Below are positions 21,816-31,990 of a stretch of DNA of 32,508 nucleotides, piece after piece. A program made the position numbers and the translations under genes. The notes under the pieces were generated by a model that did not search any database, had not been told where the DNA came from, and was given only the letters and a program-made list of their open reading frames with translations. How positions within the stretch are numbered: position 1 is the stretch's first letter; each line of letters opens with the position of its first letter. This stretch comes from Stramenopiles sp. TOSAG23-3 (taxonomy: Eukaryota): NCBI GenBank assembly GCA_900128585.1, contig LT642216.1, positions 1 to 32,508 of the forward strand, read 5' to 3'.

Positions 21816-22256
21816 GGGAGGAGGGGGAGGTAGGATAATTATTAATAAAGATTCTTCTGCTCGTATAGATAGTGCTACTAATATTATTGTACCAAAGTCG
21901 GGGTTCAACTACTACCGTATAGTAACTACTATAAAAATTAATATTTTTTTTCCTTTTTTTTTTGGTATTATATTATTATTATAATACAGGCAATAATATG
22001 ATTATAACAACAACAAAGAGGAGAAGAGAGAAGAGAGGAGAAGAAGAAAGAAGAAGAAGAAGAAGAAAAAAAGAAATGCAAATATTAAATTGTGATCTAA
22101 AACTCTAACTTCTACCGTTCCGTGGGGAAGCTAAACACTACACAATACGATTCGAGGCTTGAAACAAACAACATTATTAAACTTAGCTAATCGTGTTGAC
22201 ATCTCTATTAGTATTATTCATCCGCTAAGAATAGAAAAGCTGTAAGAGACTTAAAT

Positions 22257-23315
22257 ATGATCACTATCTTCGGCTCCGAAAATTCTCCGTACTCGAAAAA
22301 AGTTCATTCCTATGCACGGTACAAAAACATTCCTCACGAATGGAAAACAGATATAAGACGAGGGCAAACGCAGAAGGAGTATCAAGAAGTTGCCAAGTTG
22401 CCGTTAGTTCCAGCTATAAGGACCATCTCCGGTGAAGGAATGCAGGACAGCACGCCTATAATGGAATATCTGGATCAGCAGTACCCCAACGCAATTTCTA
22501 CCCGTCTACCCAGCAACGAGTTGAACTTCATTTCAGTATTGTTGGAAGAATTTGGAGACGAATGGGCAAACAAGTGGATGTTCCATTTTAGATGGCACAG
22601 AGCCATTGACCAAAGAATAGTATCGCTTCGTTTGGCAAAGGAAATGTTAGGAAACAATGGAACTGAAGAGGCATTGGTTCAAATGTCAGATCAGATCCGC
22701 CAAAGAATGTCTGGACGTGGTTTTGCTGTAGGAAGCAATCGTGTTACCGCACCAATGATTGAACGTAGCTTCAAAGCAGGAGTCGAACAACTTGAACGTC
22801 ATTTATCAACCCGTCCCTATTTGTTCGGCAAAAGACCATGCTGGGGTGATTTTGGTATTGGATGTCAAATTTACCAAGCCCTCATCGATCCGACAGCCGG
22901 AGAACACTTAGTCAATCATGCCCCTCGGGTCGTTCAATGGTGCACCGCCGTGATGGTAGGGAGTCGTGTATTGCACGTATCAAGTGATGAATGGGAAACG
23001 TGGGAAACACTGGCCCCCACACTTCTGCCTTTTGTGACAGAGCAAGTTGGCGAATTATTTTTAGCATGGTCCAATGCAAACAGTCAATGCATTGTCTCGA
23101 AGAAAAACGAATGCGTCGTGGAATTGCCCACAGGCTACGGTACATGGACGAACAAAGTGGGTGGACCACAGAAATATCAACATAAATCACTCCAAATGTT
23201 GCGAAAGAAATATAAGGTGTACAAGACCAAAGGGTTGGATGACATTTTGAAACAAAGCAAGTGTTATGACGTATTGAATGCGAATAGCCACGGTACCAGT
23301 CAAAGTAAATTATAG
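22257..23315 (+). CDS. Bacterial-type glutathione S-transferase family protein with C-terminal PTS1 (SKL)
   Basis: SPYSKKVHSYARYK, LPLVP, QDSTPIMEYLD, EEFGDEWANKWMFHFRW, PYLFGKRPCWGDFG; ends in -QSKL then stop. Confidence 0.88.
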   Translation: MITIFGSENSPYSKKVHSYARYKNIPHEWKTDIRRGQTQKEYQEVAKLPLVPAIRTISGEGMQDSTPIMEYLDQQYPNAISTRLPSNELNFISVLLEEFGDEWANKWMFHFRWHRAIDQRIVSLRLAKEMLGNNGTEEALVQMSDQIRQRMSGRGFAVGSNRVTAPMIERSFKAGVEQLERHLSTRPYLFGKRPCWGDFGIGCQIYQALIDPTAGEHLVNHAPRVVQWCTAVMVGSRVLHVSSDEWETWETLAPTLLPFVTEQVGELFLAWSNANSQCIVSKKNECVVELPTGYGTWTNKVGGPQKYQHKSLQMLRKKYKVYKTKGLDDILKQSKCYDVLNANSHGTSQSKL

Positions 23316-23791
23316 AATTGTTCTGGTCACTTGAATTTTGTACGTGAGAATAGATTATAATCACTACAATCATCCGCCGCAAAAATTCTACTGCTAGTAG
23401 TACCACCGGTACGGTAGTGACAACAAAAATACCGTAGCATATTGGATTGAAAATACCCCCAGCTGTACCTGTGGCCTGTGGGGAACCCGTTCCTTTCTTC
23501 CGTACAGTGTGTAGTAGTACCGTTATATTAATTTTATTATCGCGATAATACCGTACTACATGGTACCAACCTGTACGGGAACCTGGTTCGTATTGATAAG
23601 TCTTCTCTCCTCTTGGTGGTGGTACGACGTACCGTACCGTGTACTACCCTTGTTGTTTGTCAAGAGAATGCGCGCTTACGAGTGCATACTTGAACTCTGT
23701 GATAACATGTAAATTAAGAACAAAACTAAGCACCTCCGTCCCCCTTGCTACTCAAGGACTCTTTTGATCATTGGCACGAGCAGACTTACAA

Positions 23792-25234
23792 ATGAATGAG
23801 CAGCCCCAAGCCAATCAGGTGGATCAGTGGTCGGAGAGTCAGCCATGCACTTTGTGCAGAAACTGTCGGGTCAACCGCTTGAAGGAAGGAAGCGCTCGAC
23901 GAACTCAAACCCCTCCTGGGAAATTGCTACCATGCATGTACTTACTCTCGCTGATATCGACTCCTCCGTCACCGGAAAAATTTCTGTTGGACGAAATGAC
24001 TTTAAAAAAACAGGGTCGAAACCGTGAAAGATTTTGGAAGCAAAACTTGAAGATTCCTGTGTCTCAGCGAAAACGGTTTCGGAAAGACTCATCCATATTT
24101 TTGTCTCCCGCTGCCAAGGAGCGACAGGCCCATTTTGAATCGCTGGAATTGATGAAACAGTACAATACTCTATCTGTAAATATAGGAGTCAGACAAAAGC
24201 ATCGATGCGCAACTGTGATTGCCAATTGGTGGCGTGCAAGACTCGCGAAACGAGTCTTGATCGAGATAAGGAGACAAAGAGAGCTCCGCACGGAGGCTGC
24301 GCTGGTAATACAACGACTACTACGCTACTGCCTGAAGCTGCTGCACGAGGAGCAGTTACGAGCCTCGTGCTGCGTGCTACAGAGCGTTTGGAGAGGCCGA
24401 AAGGCACGCCAGAGAGTGTGGCCAATGTACTACCATGTTCTCAAAAAAGCAACCCTTGGTATCGTGGCCCCGAAAAAATCTCCTTTGTCGAAAGTCTTGG
24501 AGGCATGTTCCCTTTTTCTGCCGCCTGAAGAAATGTCAATCGCCCAATCATGCGTGAACCTCGTGGGTGGGGGGGTGAGTGCTATCTACCACATCGATCC
24601 GTCGTCGTCCCAAGTGCTCCGAGCAATACGATTGCGGCTGTCCCTCCCGCGGGTGCATGCGGAATTTTTCCGGTGCAAAGAAAAGAGAAAGAAGAAACAA
24701 TTGAAGGAGCTGGCCAAGAGAAAGCGAGCGATGGAGCTCGCCAAAATGGAGAAAGAACGGAAGGAGAGAGACAAAGAAATGCAGCGGCTCGCTATGCTAA
24801 AGCTTAGAGAGAAGGAAGAGAAGATACAAGCAGAGCGGCAGAGAACGTTGGCACTTCGCCGGGAGCAAAACCACCTTCGTTCAGTGAAAGAGGAAGCGAG
24901 AGAAAAGAAACGCATGGAGCGTGAAGCGCACGAGCGACTGTTTCGGGCAGAGCAGGGGAAGTTGGAGGCGGCAAAGGCGGCATTGCAAAAGGAGGAAGAA
25001 ATGGCTTCAAGGAACCGGGAGCGCTTGAAGAACGATGAGGTACGAAGGCTTCAACGATGGAAAGCCCGTGAAGAAGTGAGAAAACGGGACGAGATGGAAG
25101 AGAAACAGTACGAACTGGGGATTGCTCTGCATGGTGGGGAGCACCATAAACGAAAGGGGGTAGGTGGCGATGATTTGTTGCAGTCGACGGAGGACGAATC
25201 GGAACAAACCGCAATCGACATTTACACACTGTGA
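23792..25234 (+). CDS. IQ calmodulin-binding motif and charged coiled-coil protein
   Basis: IQ-like motifs ATVIANWWRARLAKR, ALVIQRLLR and VLQSVWRGRKARQR, followed by a long E/K/R-rich helix. Start uncertain. Confidence 0.75.
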   Translation: MNEQPQANQVDQWSESQPCTLCRNCRVNRLKEGSARRTQTPPGKLLPCMYLLSLISTPPSPEKFLLDEMTLKKQGRNRERFWKQNLKIPVSQRKRFRKDSSIFLSPAAKERQAHFESLELMKQYNTLSVNIGVRQKHRCATVIANWWRARLAKRVLIEIRRQRELRTEAALVIQRLLRYCLKLLHEEQLRASCCVLQSVWRGRKARQRVWPMYYHVLKKATLGIVAPKKSPLSKVLEACSLFLPPEEMSIAQSCVNLVGGGVSAIYHIDPSSSQVLRAIRLRLSLPRVHAEFFRCKEKRKKKQLKELAKRKRAMELAKMEKERKERDKEMQRLAMLKLREKEEKIQAERQRTLALRREQNHLRSVKEEAREKKRMEREAHERLFRAEQGKLEAAKAALQKEEEMASRNRERLKNDEVRRLQRWKAREEVRKRDEMEEKQYELGIALHGGEHHKRKGVGGDDLLQSTEDESEQTAIDIYTL

Positions 25235-25240
25235 CCCTGT

Positions 25241-25306
25241 GTACGTACAAATACATATAAATACCATACATAGAAAGATAGCTCTGACGACAACTACACA
25301 CCACAG
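25241..25306 (+). other. Candidate 66-nt spliceosomal intron in the 3' UTR of the IQ gene
   Basis: GTACGT donor, CTGAC branch motif at 25284-25288, CACAG acceptor. Confidence 0.4.
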
Positions 25307-25632
25307 TTTTTTAAAATAATTTTGTTTAGTCGATAGGCGTGATAAAATGCGAGATTGGGCCACACGCATCCCAGAGAGAGGAGGGAAGGGTCTGTCGACT
25401 CTGCTCCATGCGATTCTGAGGGTTGAGCACAAGCCTCGGTATTTTCGCGACGGAGGCAGTGAGGGAACGATGCCGAGTAGAGTGTGCAAGAGGAGTAGGT
25501 GGCAATAAAAAAAGAGTTATTCTACTTTAAACTAAATTTGCGAACGGTAACGTTGTCCTTCTCTTTTTGACCCACGAAGCAAACAGCCCCCTGGTCATTT
25601 CGCCAGCTATATATATATATATAAGGGGTTAT

Positions 25633-25968
25633 CTATTTGGCTTGTGCGTCCTCGGCTTCGGCTACTGCCTCGGCTTCCGCTGCTTTACCTACATTTGGTC
25701 GTACAAACTTACAGATGGTCTGGCACTGGATGGATGGGTCTTCGTTTTCCTCACCAACTTCCATGAAACTTTCTTGCTCAACGGCTTGTCTTTCCCCTCC
25801 GGCGGTTTGGATGGCTTCACGGTATTTTGCTAGTTCTGCGCGCATCAATTCATTTTGTTCACGCAATTCATTCAATTGCTTTGCTACTTCTGCGTCAACG
25901 TGGGCGGAGCAAGTTGCGACTAAAAAGGAAATAACAAGGGCGATAACGACAGCAACACGAGAGTTCAT
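25633..25968 (-). CDS. Small secreted orphan protein (signal peptide, coiled coil, SFME motif, CxxxC)
   Basis: ATG in A-rich context (gaaaATG); clear hydrophobic signal peptide; heptad helix VAKQLNELREQNELMRAELAKY. Confidence 0.78.
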   Translation of the reverse strand: MNSRVAVVIALVISFLVATCSAHVDAEVAKQLNELREQNELMRAELAKYREAIQTAGGERQAVEQESFMEVGEENEDPSIQCQTICKFVRPNVGKAAEAEAVAEAEDAQAK

Positions 25969-26704
25969 TTTCGACTGTGTTTTTTAAAAGAAAATCTTCT
26001 ACAGGTTTGTATAAGTTGAATGACTTGACAAGATACTTTTTCTTTTTGTGTTTGATAACGACTATTCCGTGAGAAATGGTGAACGTTTATAACTTCAGGT
26101 TTTCGTTCCACTTTGATTCATCGACAACCAATAGTACACATCTAATTCTACTATAACTCAACTTTCTTCCATAATTAAATAAATTATTTTAATATAATAT
26201 AGAAATACAATGGTTTTTTTCACGTTTTTCTTAGAAGAATGATAAAAAATGAAATATTATTATACGTCTCTTCATCATATTAAGGATATATATACATATA
26301 TACATGTATATATACTATTCTATATAATTATTATATTTCTATCTTTATTAATTATTATCCTTAATGTAAGAAAACAATATCAATCTTGTCGATCGCTTTC
26401 TTTTAATAAATGTTAAAAATAGGGTACCCCCCCCCCCTATTTCTTCATCTCATTCCAAATGATGAAAGATTGACGGGTCGTTCCTTCATTTTGTACATTT
26501 TGAGAAGAGAAGGAGAAAGAGCATTGGTTACCATTGTAATACTAAAACTTTCTTCTTTTTTATTGTACTTGATTGTTATAATTTAGTATAGTAATTGCAT
26601 TCTATTACTTATGAATTTATGTTTAACAGGTGAATTGTACTTTGTGTTTTACCTATGTATAGAATATATGTGGTTTTAGTACCAGTGCCCTTGGTACTAC
26701 TTCG

Positions 26705-27820
26705 TCAAGGTGAATGTGGTAGGACTGGGTTGAATTTTGTACAGACCTCTTCGCCTGGCTGGACCCCTGGCGCGAACTTTTTCCAGTCGCATAGTTGCCC
26801 TTTGCTCATCGTTTCCAAGCATTTGTCGGTCCGCATCGTGGTCTTGTCGGAAAAGTAGGTGGCGGCAATTATGTTGCGAACGTTCCCTGATAAATTTGGC
26901 CCAGCGCTGTGGAAGCAGTCGGTGGCGTGGATAGACAGATCCCCTAGCTCGTACGTCCACGTGTCTGGGCGGGCGCCTGAACTTTCCAACGCACTGGCGC
27001 AGAACTCGTCGTACTCGTCGGACTGTTCTTCCTTCGGGCAACCATCTAGCTTTGCAACGTCCCATGAGTCCAAGCTCCTCTTTGCCACTCCCCGCACCTC
27101 TCCGTTTGCCACTTTCTCCTCGTCGTCGGAGCGGGGAAACACCAGCGCCCCGTTTTCTGGGGTAGTCCGGTGCAGTGGAAACCAGACCGTCACGACCTTT
27201 CTCCCGCTTAACGCCATGTACCCGTTCGGCCCATCGTCGCAATGCCACAGCGTTCGCTTGCTCCCGGGCACACGGCTCAGAAAGTTATCGTGGTACATTC
27301 GCACGTTGTCGCAGTCCAATAATTTACAAACGATGTCCCCGATCCGCGGAGAGAGCACAATCGCGCGGACTACGGGGTCGACCGCCCACATCATTTGAAT
27401 GTTCCACGAACGGGTTGTCGGCTCGGACACTTCGTTCCACCACCGCTCCGTGTCGTCGGCGGTCCCGTTGCTCTGCCTCGGTGTCTTGGCTGGCAAGGAT
27501 ACGTTCCGGCCACCCGTTGCCTTCGTCGCCATCCGGATGATACGCTCGCGTGCGGCGGACAACAACCCGGGTGGGAGGACGTTCCGAAGCCGCAAGTATC
27601 GCCTCGTTTGAAAATCCCTGACGTCCGCTGGAGTCAAGCCTTCGTAGGGCTTCCTCAACTCCAAAATTTCCTGCTGCAATATTTCTTCGGACGGCACCTC
27701 CCTGTAAGGTTGAGACCCTAACGATTCGAACGACTGGGGTCGCCGGGAACGAACCCGAGCGTTCAGTGTCGCCCACGTCGTGCCCACTTGGCCGTCGCTA
27801 CTAGCGGCCAAGGACGCCAT
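26705..27820 (-). CDS. Phytanoyl-CoA dioxygenase (PhyH) family Fe(II)/2-oxoglutarate oxygenase
   Basis: WHCD HxD motif, VTVWFPL-x3-TPENGAL, distal FHSAGPN-x4-R. Confidence 0.9.
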   Translation of the reverse strand: MASLAASSDGQVGTTWATLNARVRSRRPQSFESLGSQPYREVPSEEILQQEILELRKPYEGLTPADVRDFQTRRYLRLRNVLPPGLLSAARERIIRMATKATGGRNVSLPAKTPRQSNGTADDTERWWNEVSEPTTRSWNIQMMWAVDPVVRAIVLSPRIGDIVCKLLDCDNVRMYHDNFLSRVPGSKRTLWHCDDGPNGYMALSGRKVVTVWFPLHRTTPENGALVFPRSDDEEKVANGEVRGVAKRSLDSWDVAKLDGCPKEEQSDEYDEFCASALESSGARPDTWTYELGDLSIHATDCFHSAGPNLSGNVRNIIAATYFSDKTTMRTDKCLETMSKGQLCDWKKFAPGVQPGEEVCTKFNPVLPHSP

Positions 27821-29583
27821 GTCTCCCTGAAAACCCTATTATTTTGTCTGTACGGCAAACGTTCGCCTTCTCGCACGGTGTTACTTACACTTGTAAGAGA
27901 AATCTGTGGTTGAAAAACGATGGTAACTATTTTCAATTTCAAATAGTCATTTCTTCAGGTATTTTAACACAGATACGATGATGATAATAGTGATAGATAC
28001 CTTGGTGGCGGTGATACAATCATAAGTGTATGTACTCTCTTCTTCTCTTCCTTTTCTTCTTTCTTTCCTTCTTCTTCGTCGTGTTGGTCGTTGGTCGTCG
28101 CGACGACGATCGATAAAAAATTGTTTTCGCGAAGAAAAAAACATTAACCCTTACTGTGTCTATATTTCCTTACTATTATTATGTAAATGTGTAGAATGCG
28201 AAAAAAAGAGAGAAGAAGAAAAATGTGGAAAAAGGGTATCTTCTTAAAGGTACACAGTAGGAGATTACACTAGAGTACATAGAGACAGTACCATTGTTTA
28301 AGATTTCGGATTTCGGAAGGACTACTACTGTAACTATAATAGTAAATACAGTACTATTTATTAAATTTAAATTATTTAAACTACGAGGAGGAGGATGGTA
28401 CCGTACTGTATAAAACGAGTATGATAATGACACCTTGGTGATTGATTGCTTCTCATCTTTCTCNNNNNNNNNNNNNNNNNNNNNNNNNNNNNNNNNNNNN
28501 NNNNNNNNNNNNNNNNNNNNNNNNNNNNNNNNNNNNNNNNTTCTTTTCTTCTTTTTAAAAAAAAATTCAAATCCCATTTCGTGCCTATGATAATCCTTTA
28601 TATATAAGTACAATACTGTATAGTAACTATTTTTAAATAATTTTTTTATTCAATGCTCTGCTGATATTTATTATAAAAAGATTAACTAACGATTTAGACT
28701 ATAACGTTATTTTTCATCGTACAATATTTTTAAACTTAAGGTAAATAATATGAAATCTATTATTATTATTATTTTTCTTTAGTATTAATTAATATATAAA
28801 TATATTATTCATTCATTCATAATTGTATTATTATACTTAATTATAAATTTAAATAAATTCTCTCCCTACTAATTAATTCCCAAATCCTACTATTCTATAC
28901 TGTGACAATGTAAAGTTCAAATTTACAGTTTAAAATAAACTAAATTTAATATTTTGTACTTTAAATTAATATAAAGATAGCATTGAATTACTATATAAAT
29001 CCAATCGAATCAACTCATGTTTTTATTTTACCGTATAAAAGTAGAATAAATATATGTACATATATCTATGCTATGTATATGTTAAAGAAAGGACAAATGG
29101 ATTAAACTCATGTACTAATAATTATTACACTAAAACGCTTCAATTCCTATCTTAACTCCCTGTTAAGTTTAAATCCCGTTCCATCCCACTTCCAACACTA
29201 TCTGCATATATATACTAATTTTAGAACATACCTACAAATTAATTTTGTTTTATTTATTTACCTACTATACACCTGTAATATATTATAAGTACAAAAACCT
29301 AGAAGACTTTCTATTAATTAATTTTTTTTAAATTAAAAAACAAAAGTACACCACTACAGTACAGGTTGAAACACCTAACACGCACGGCCGGGCGGACGAG
29401 GGGACACAAAGGTTGTCGGGTTGGTATCCTTCCCCACTTCCCCATCCCTCACACTCCTGCCAGACAGACTTTCAAAGTACGTAGAGAACGGAACGGTATC
29501 CAAAAGACGGATTGTCGCAAGAATTAAAACTTTATTTCGTTGAAACAAAACATTCAAAACAAATTTAAGCAAACCATATAAAC

Positions 29584-30492
29584 ATGCCTCGTGTACGCAC
29601 CAAGAGAAAGAAGAAGGACCCCAACCGTCCCAAGCGGCCATTGACCCCTTACATGGTCTTCGTCAAGGAGAACATTAAGGCCGTCGCGGACTCCTTCCCA
29701 AAGGACACCAAGCGCTCCACCATCATCAAGAACTGCGGTGAGCGATGGCGCAAGCTCCACGCCAAGAAGAAGGAGTACTTCGTTGGCGAGGCCGCCAAGG
29801 ACAAGGAGCGCTTCTTGGAAGAAATGGAGAGCTACGTTCCTCCCGCCCCAGAGCCAGCCGAGAAGACCGGCAAACGCAGAAAGAAGGACCCAGACGCGCC
29901 CAAGCGCCCCTTGACCGCGTACATGGCCTTCGTTTCGGACCACCAGCAACGACTTGCCAAGCGCCATGAACTTCAAAAGGACGTCATGCAAGAAATCGGC
30001 GCCCTGTGGAGGAAGACCACCGACAAGGACAAGAAGAAGTACCAAAAGAAGGCCGACGGCGACCGTGAGCGCTACAGGATTGAAATGGAGAGCTACGTCA
30101 AGCCGGAGACCCACCAACCCAAATCCAAGAAGGAAAAGAAGGACCCGCTTAAGCCAAAGCGCGTCATGTCTGCCTACGCATTCTTCGTCAAGGAAAAGCG
30201 CCCACAAATCGCCCAGAAATACGACAACAACTTCGAGAACGGAAAGAAGATCATGAAAGAGCTCGGCGCTGCGTGGGCCGAGGCCGGCAAGAAAGACAAG
30301 AAGAAATTCGTCGACAAAGCCGCCCGTGACAAGATTCGTTACAACAACCAAATGGAACGCTACAGGTCCCTCATGGCCCAGCCACAAGCCAAGAAGGGCC
30401 CGGCCAAGAAAGGAAAGAGAGGCAAGAAAGCCCCCGCCAAGAAAGGCGTGCGCAGAAAGGCCAGCCCCAACCGCAGAAAGGCGAAAGTATAA
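29584..30492 (+). CDS. Triple HMG-box chromatin protein with a basic C-terminal tail
   Basis: Three boxes starting KKKDPNRPKRPLTPY, KKDPDAPKRPLTAY and KKDPLKPKRVMSAY, each with the W and DK/RxRY/F motifs; strong C/G-ending codon bias. Confidence 0.95.
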   Translation: MPRVRTKRKKKDPNRPKRPLTPYMVFVKENIKAVADSFPKDTKRSTIIKNCGERWRKLHAKKKEYFVGEAAKDKERFLEEMESYVPPAPEPAEKTGKRRKKDPDAPKRPLTAYMAFVSDHQQRLAKRHELQKDVMQEIGALWRKTTDKDKKKYQKKADGDRERYRIEMESYVKPETHQPKSKKEKKDPLKPKRVMSAYAFFVKEKRPQIAQKYDNNFENGKKIMKELGAAWAEAGKKDKKKFVDKAARDKIRYNNQMERYRSLMAQPQAKKGPAKKGKRGKKAPAKKGVRRKASPNRRKAKV

Positions 30493-31292
30493 ATGCCCAG
30501 GCATTGAATCCTTTCTTCCGGCAAGCACACGCACACCCCGACGTCCACCAGAGACCTTATATTACACCAAGAAAAAAAGAACAAGAAACGGCAAAAGCAT
30601 TCCGTTGTTGCGTTCCCTGTGAACGTTGAAAGACGTGCACATATGCATCGTCCGTCCGCCATTCGATCGATCAACGCAAAGACTTCTTTTTGTGGAAGTT
30701 GTTTGTATTCGTTTGAAATCGGAGAGAGATCCAAACGCGATGATGAAATCCTTTTGTGTTGCGGTGTTGAAATGACATTTCATTTTTTAAACATGTACTT
30801 GCATATATATTGTTATTATATATTCCTATATAAATAGTCCTTTAAATTAACTTCTCCAATTCTCCCACCCTCCTCTGTTTTTATCTATTCTTCTACTATA
30901 CATACCACTTTGACCTTGTTCTTTTTGAATTTCAAACTCTACCACAATTAACTACATTTCATTTCATACCTTTCCTATATATAATTATTTCTATTGCCCT
31001 AATTCTATCTCTATTTACTAAACTTCCTTCCTTCACCACCACTAAAAAAAACAATTATAAAAAAAAAGAAAAAAAGAAGAAAGAATATTATTATANNNNN
31101 NNNNNNNNNNNNNNNNNNNNNNNNNNNNNNNNNNNNNNNNNNNNNNNNNNNNNNNNNNNNNNNNNNNNNNNNNNNNNNNNNNNNNNNNNNNNAAAAAATG
31201 CAACATGTATACATGTAAATATATACAATCATCCAGACTATTCCTTACTTTTTTAACACAACGGTTTAAGTTTTTGTATAGGGCTTTCTCAA

Positions 31293-31658
31293 ATGAACGC
31301 CGTTGGAATACCGGTCAAGTTGCTCCACGAAGCAGAGAACCATGCGGTCACGGTAGAGTTGAAATCCGGTGAAATGTACCGTGGGATGCTGTTGCGTGGT
31401 CAAGATAATATGAACTTAGAATTGGTGCAAGTTACGCACACTGCTAGGGACGGGAGAATCAGCAAGATGGAACAGGTTTATGTTAGAGGTAGTCAAATCC
31501 GGTACGTCGTGGTGCCAGACCTGCTGAAGAAAGCACCAATGTTCAGTGTAGTCAGTGACGCGGGGAAAAAAGCCCAGGAGGAATCGCTGCGTTTTTCAGG
31601 TGGGGCGAGGCGAAAGATGCATGGGAAAGGGAAATCACAGCCCGTGCCAAGTACGTAA
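31293..31658 (+). CDS. SNRPD3: Small nuclear ribonucleoprotein Sm D3
   Basis: GIPVKLLHEA, ELKSGEMYRG, DNMN, EQVYVRGSQIRYVVVPDLLKKAPMF. The 3' end may be spliced. Confidence 0.95.
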   Translation: MNAVGIPVKLLHEAENHAVTVELKSGEMYRGMLLRGQDNMNLELVQVTHTARDGRISKMEQVYVRGSQIRYVVVPDLLKKAPMFSVVSDAGKKAQEESLRFSGGARRKMHGKGKSQPVPST

Positions 31659-31990
31659 GTTAGAACGTGTGAGGGGCGACTGAGAACGTTGGAACGCTGG
31701 AACTGTGAAGCGCACCCGTCCACCGTGCGGATCGATTGGTCGCCGTCGTGAGTCGCGCGTCGCGGGCCATCGTTGCGCCGCATCCGTGTAGGGCAGCCCG
31801 GAAGGAAACGGAAACGACACCCTTGTGCCGTGGGGTACGGACGGTAGTGTGGTAAAGTTAAGTTGCAAAGTGCATAATAATTTTTTTAAAGGCTTAAAGT
31901 TACATATGTACTGGTGTGTTGGGGTGTTACGGTTGCCTCGGCTCGGGTGACCTCTGCCCAGTTTACGCCCGGTGTCCGTCCACTCTGTCC

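Noticed and set aside
23668-23756. Possible upstream exon and intron for the IQ gene
   Set aside because: The splice product hits stop codons and does not join the main frame.
25381-25396. GGGAAGGGTCTG resembling RNase P CR-I
   Set aside because: No complementary CR-V (CAGAC) downstream to form P4.
29554-30534. 326-aa antisense ORF over the HMG gene
   Set aside because: By-product of strong codon bias on the sense strand; no recognisable protein features.
31790-31812. CCGGAAGGAA resembling the SRP RNA helix-8 loop
   Set aside because: The flanking CAGG/AGCA internal-loop motif is absent.
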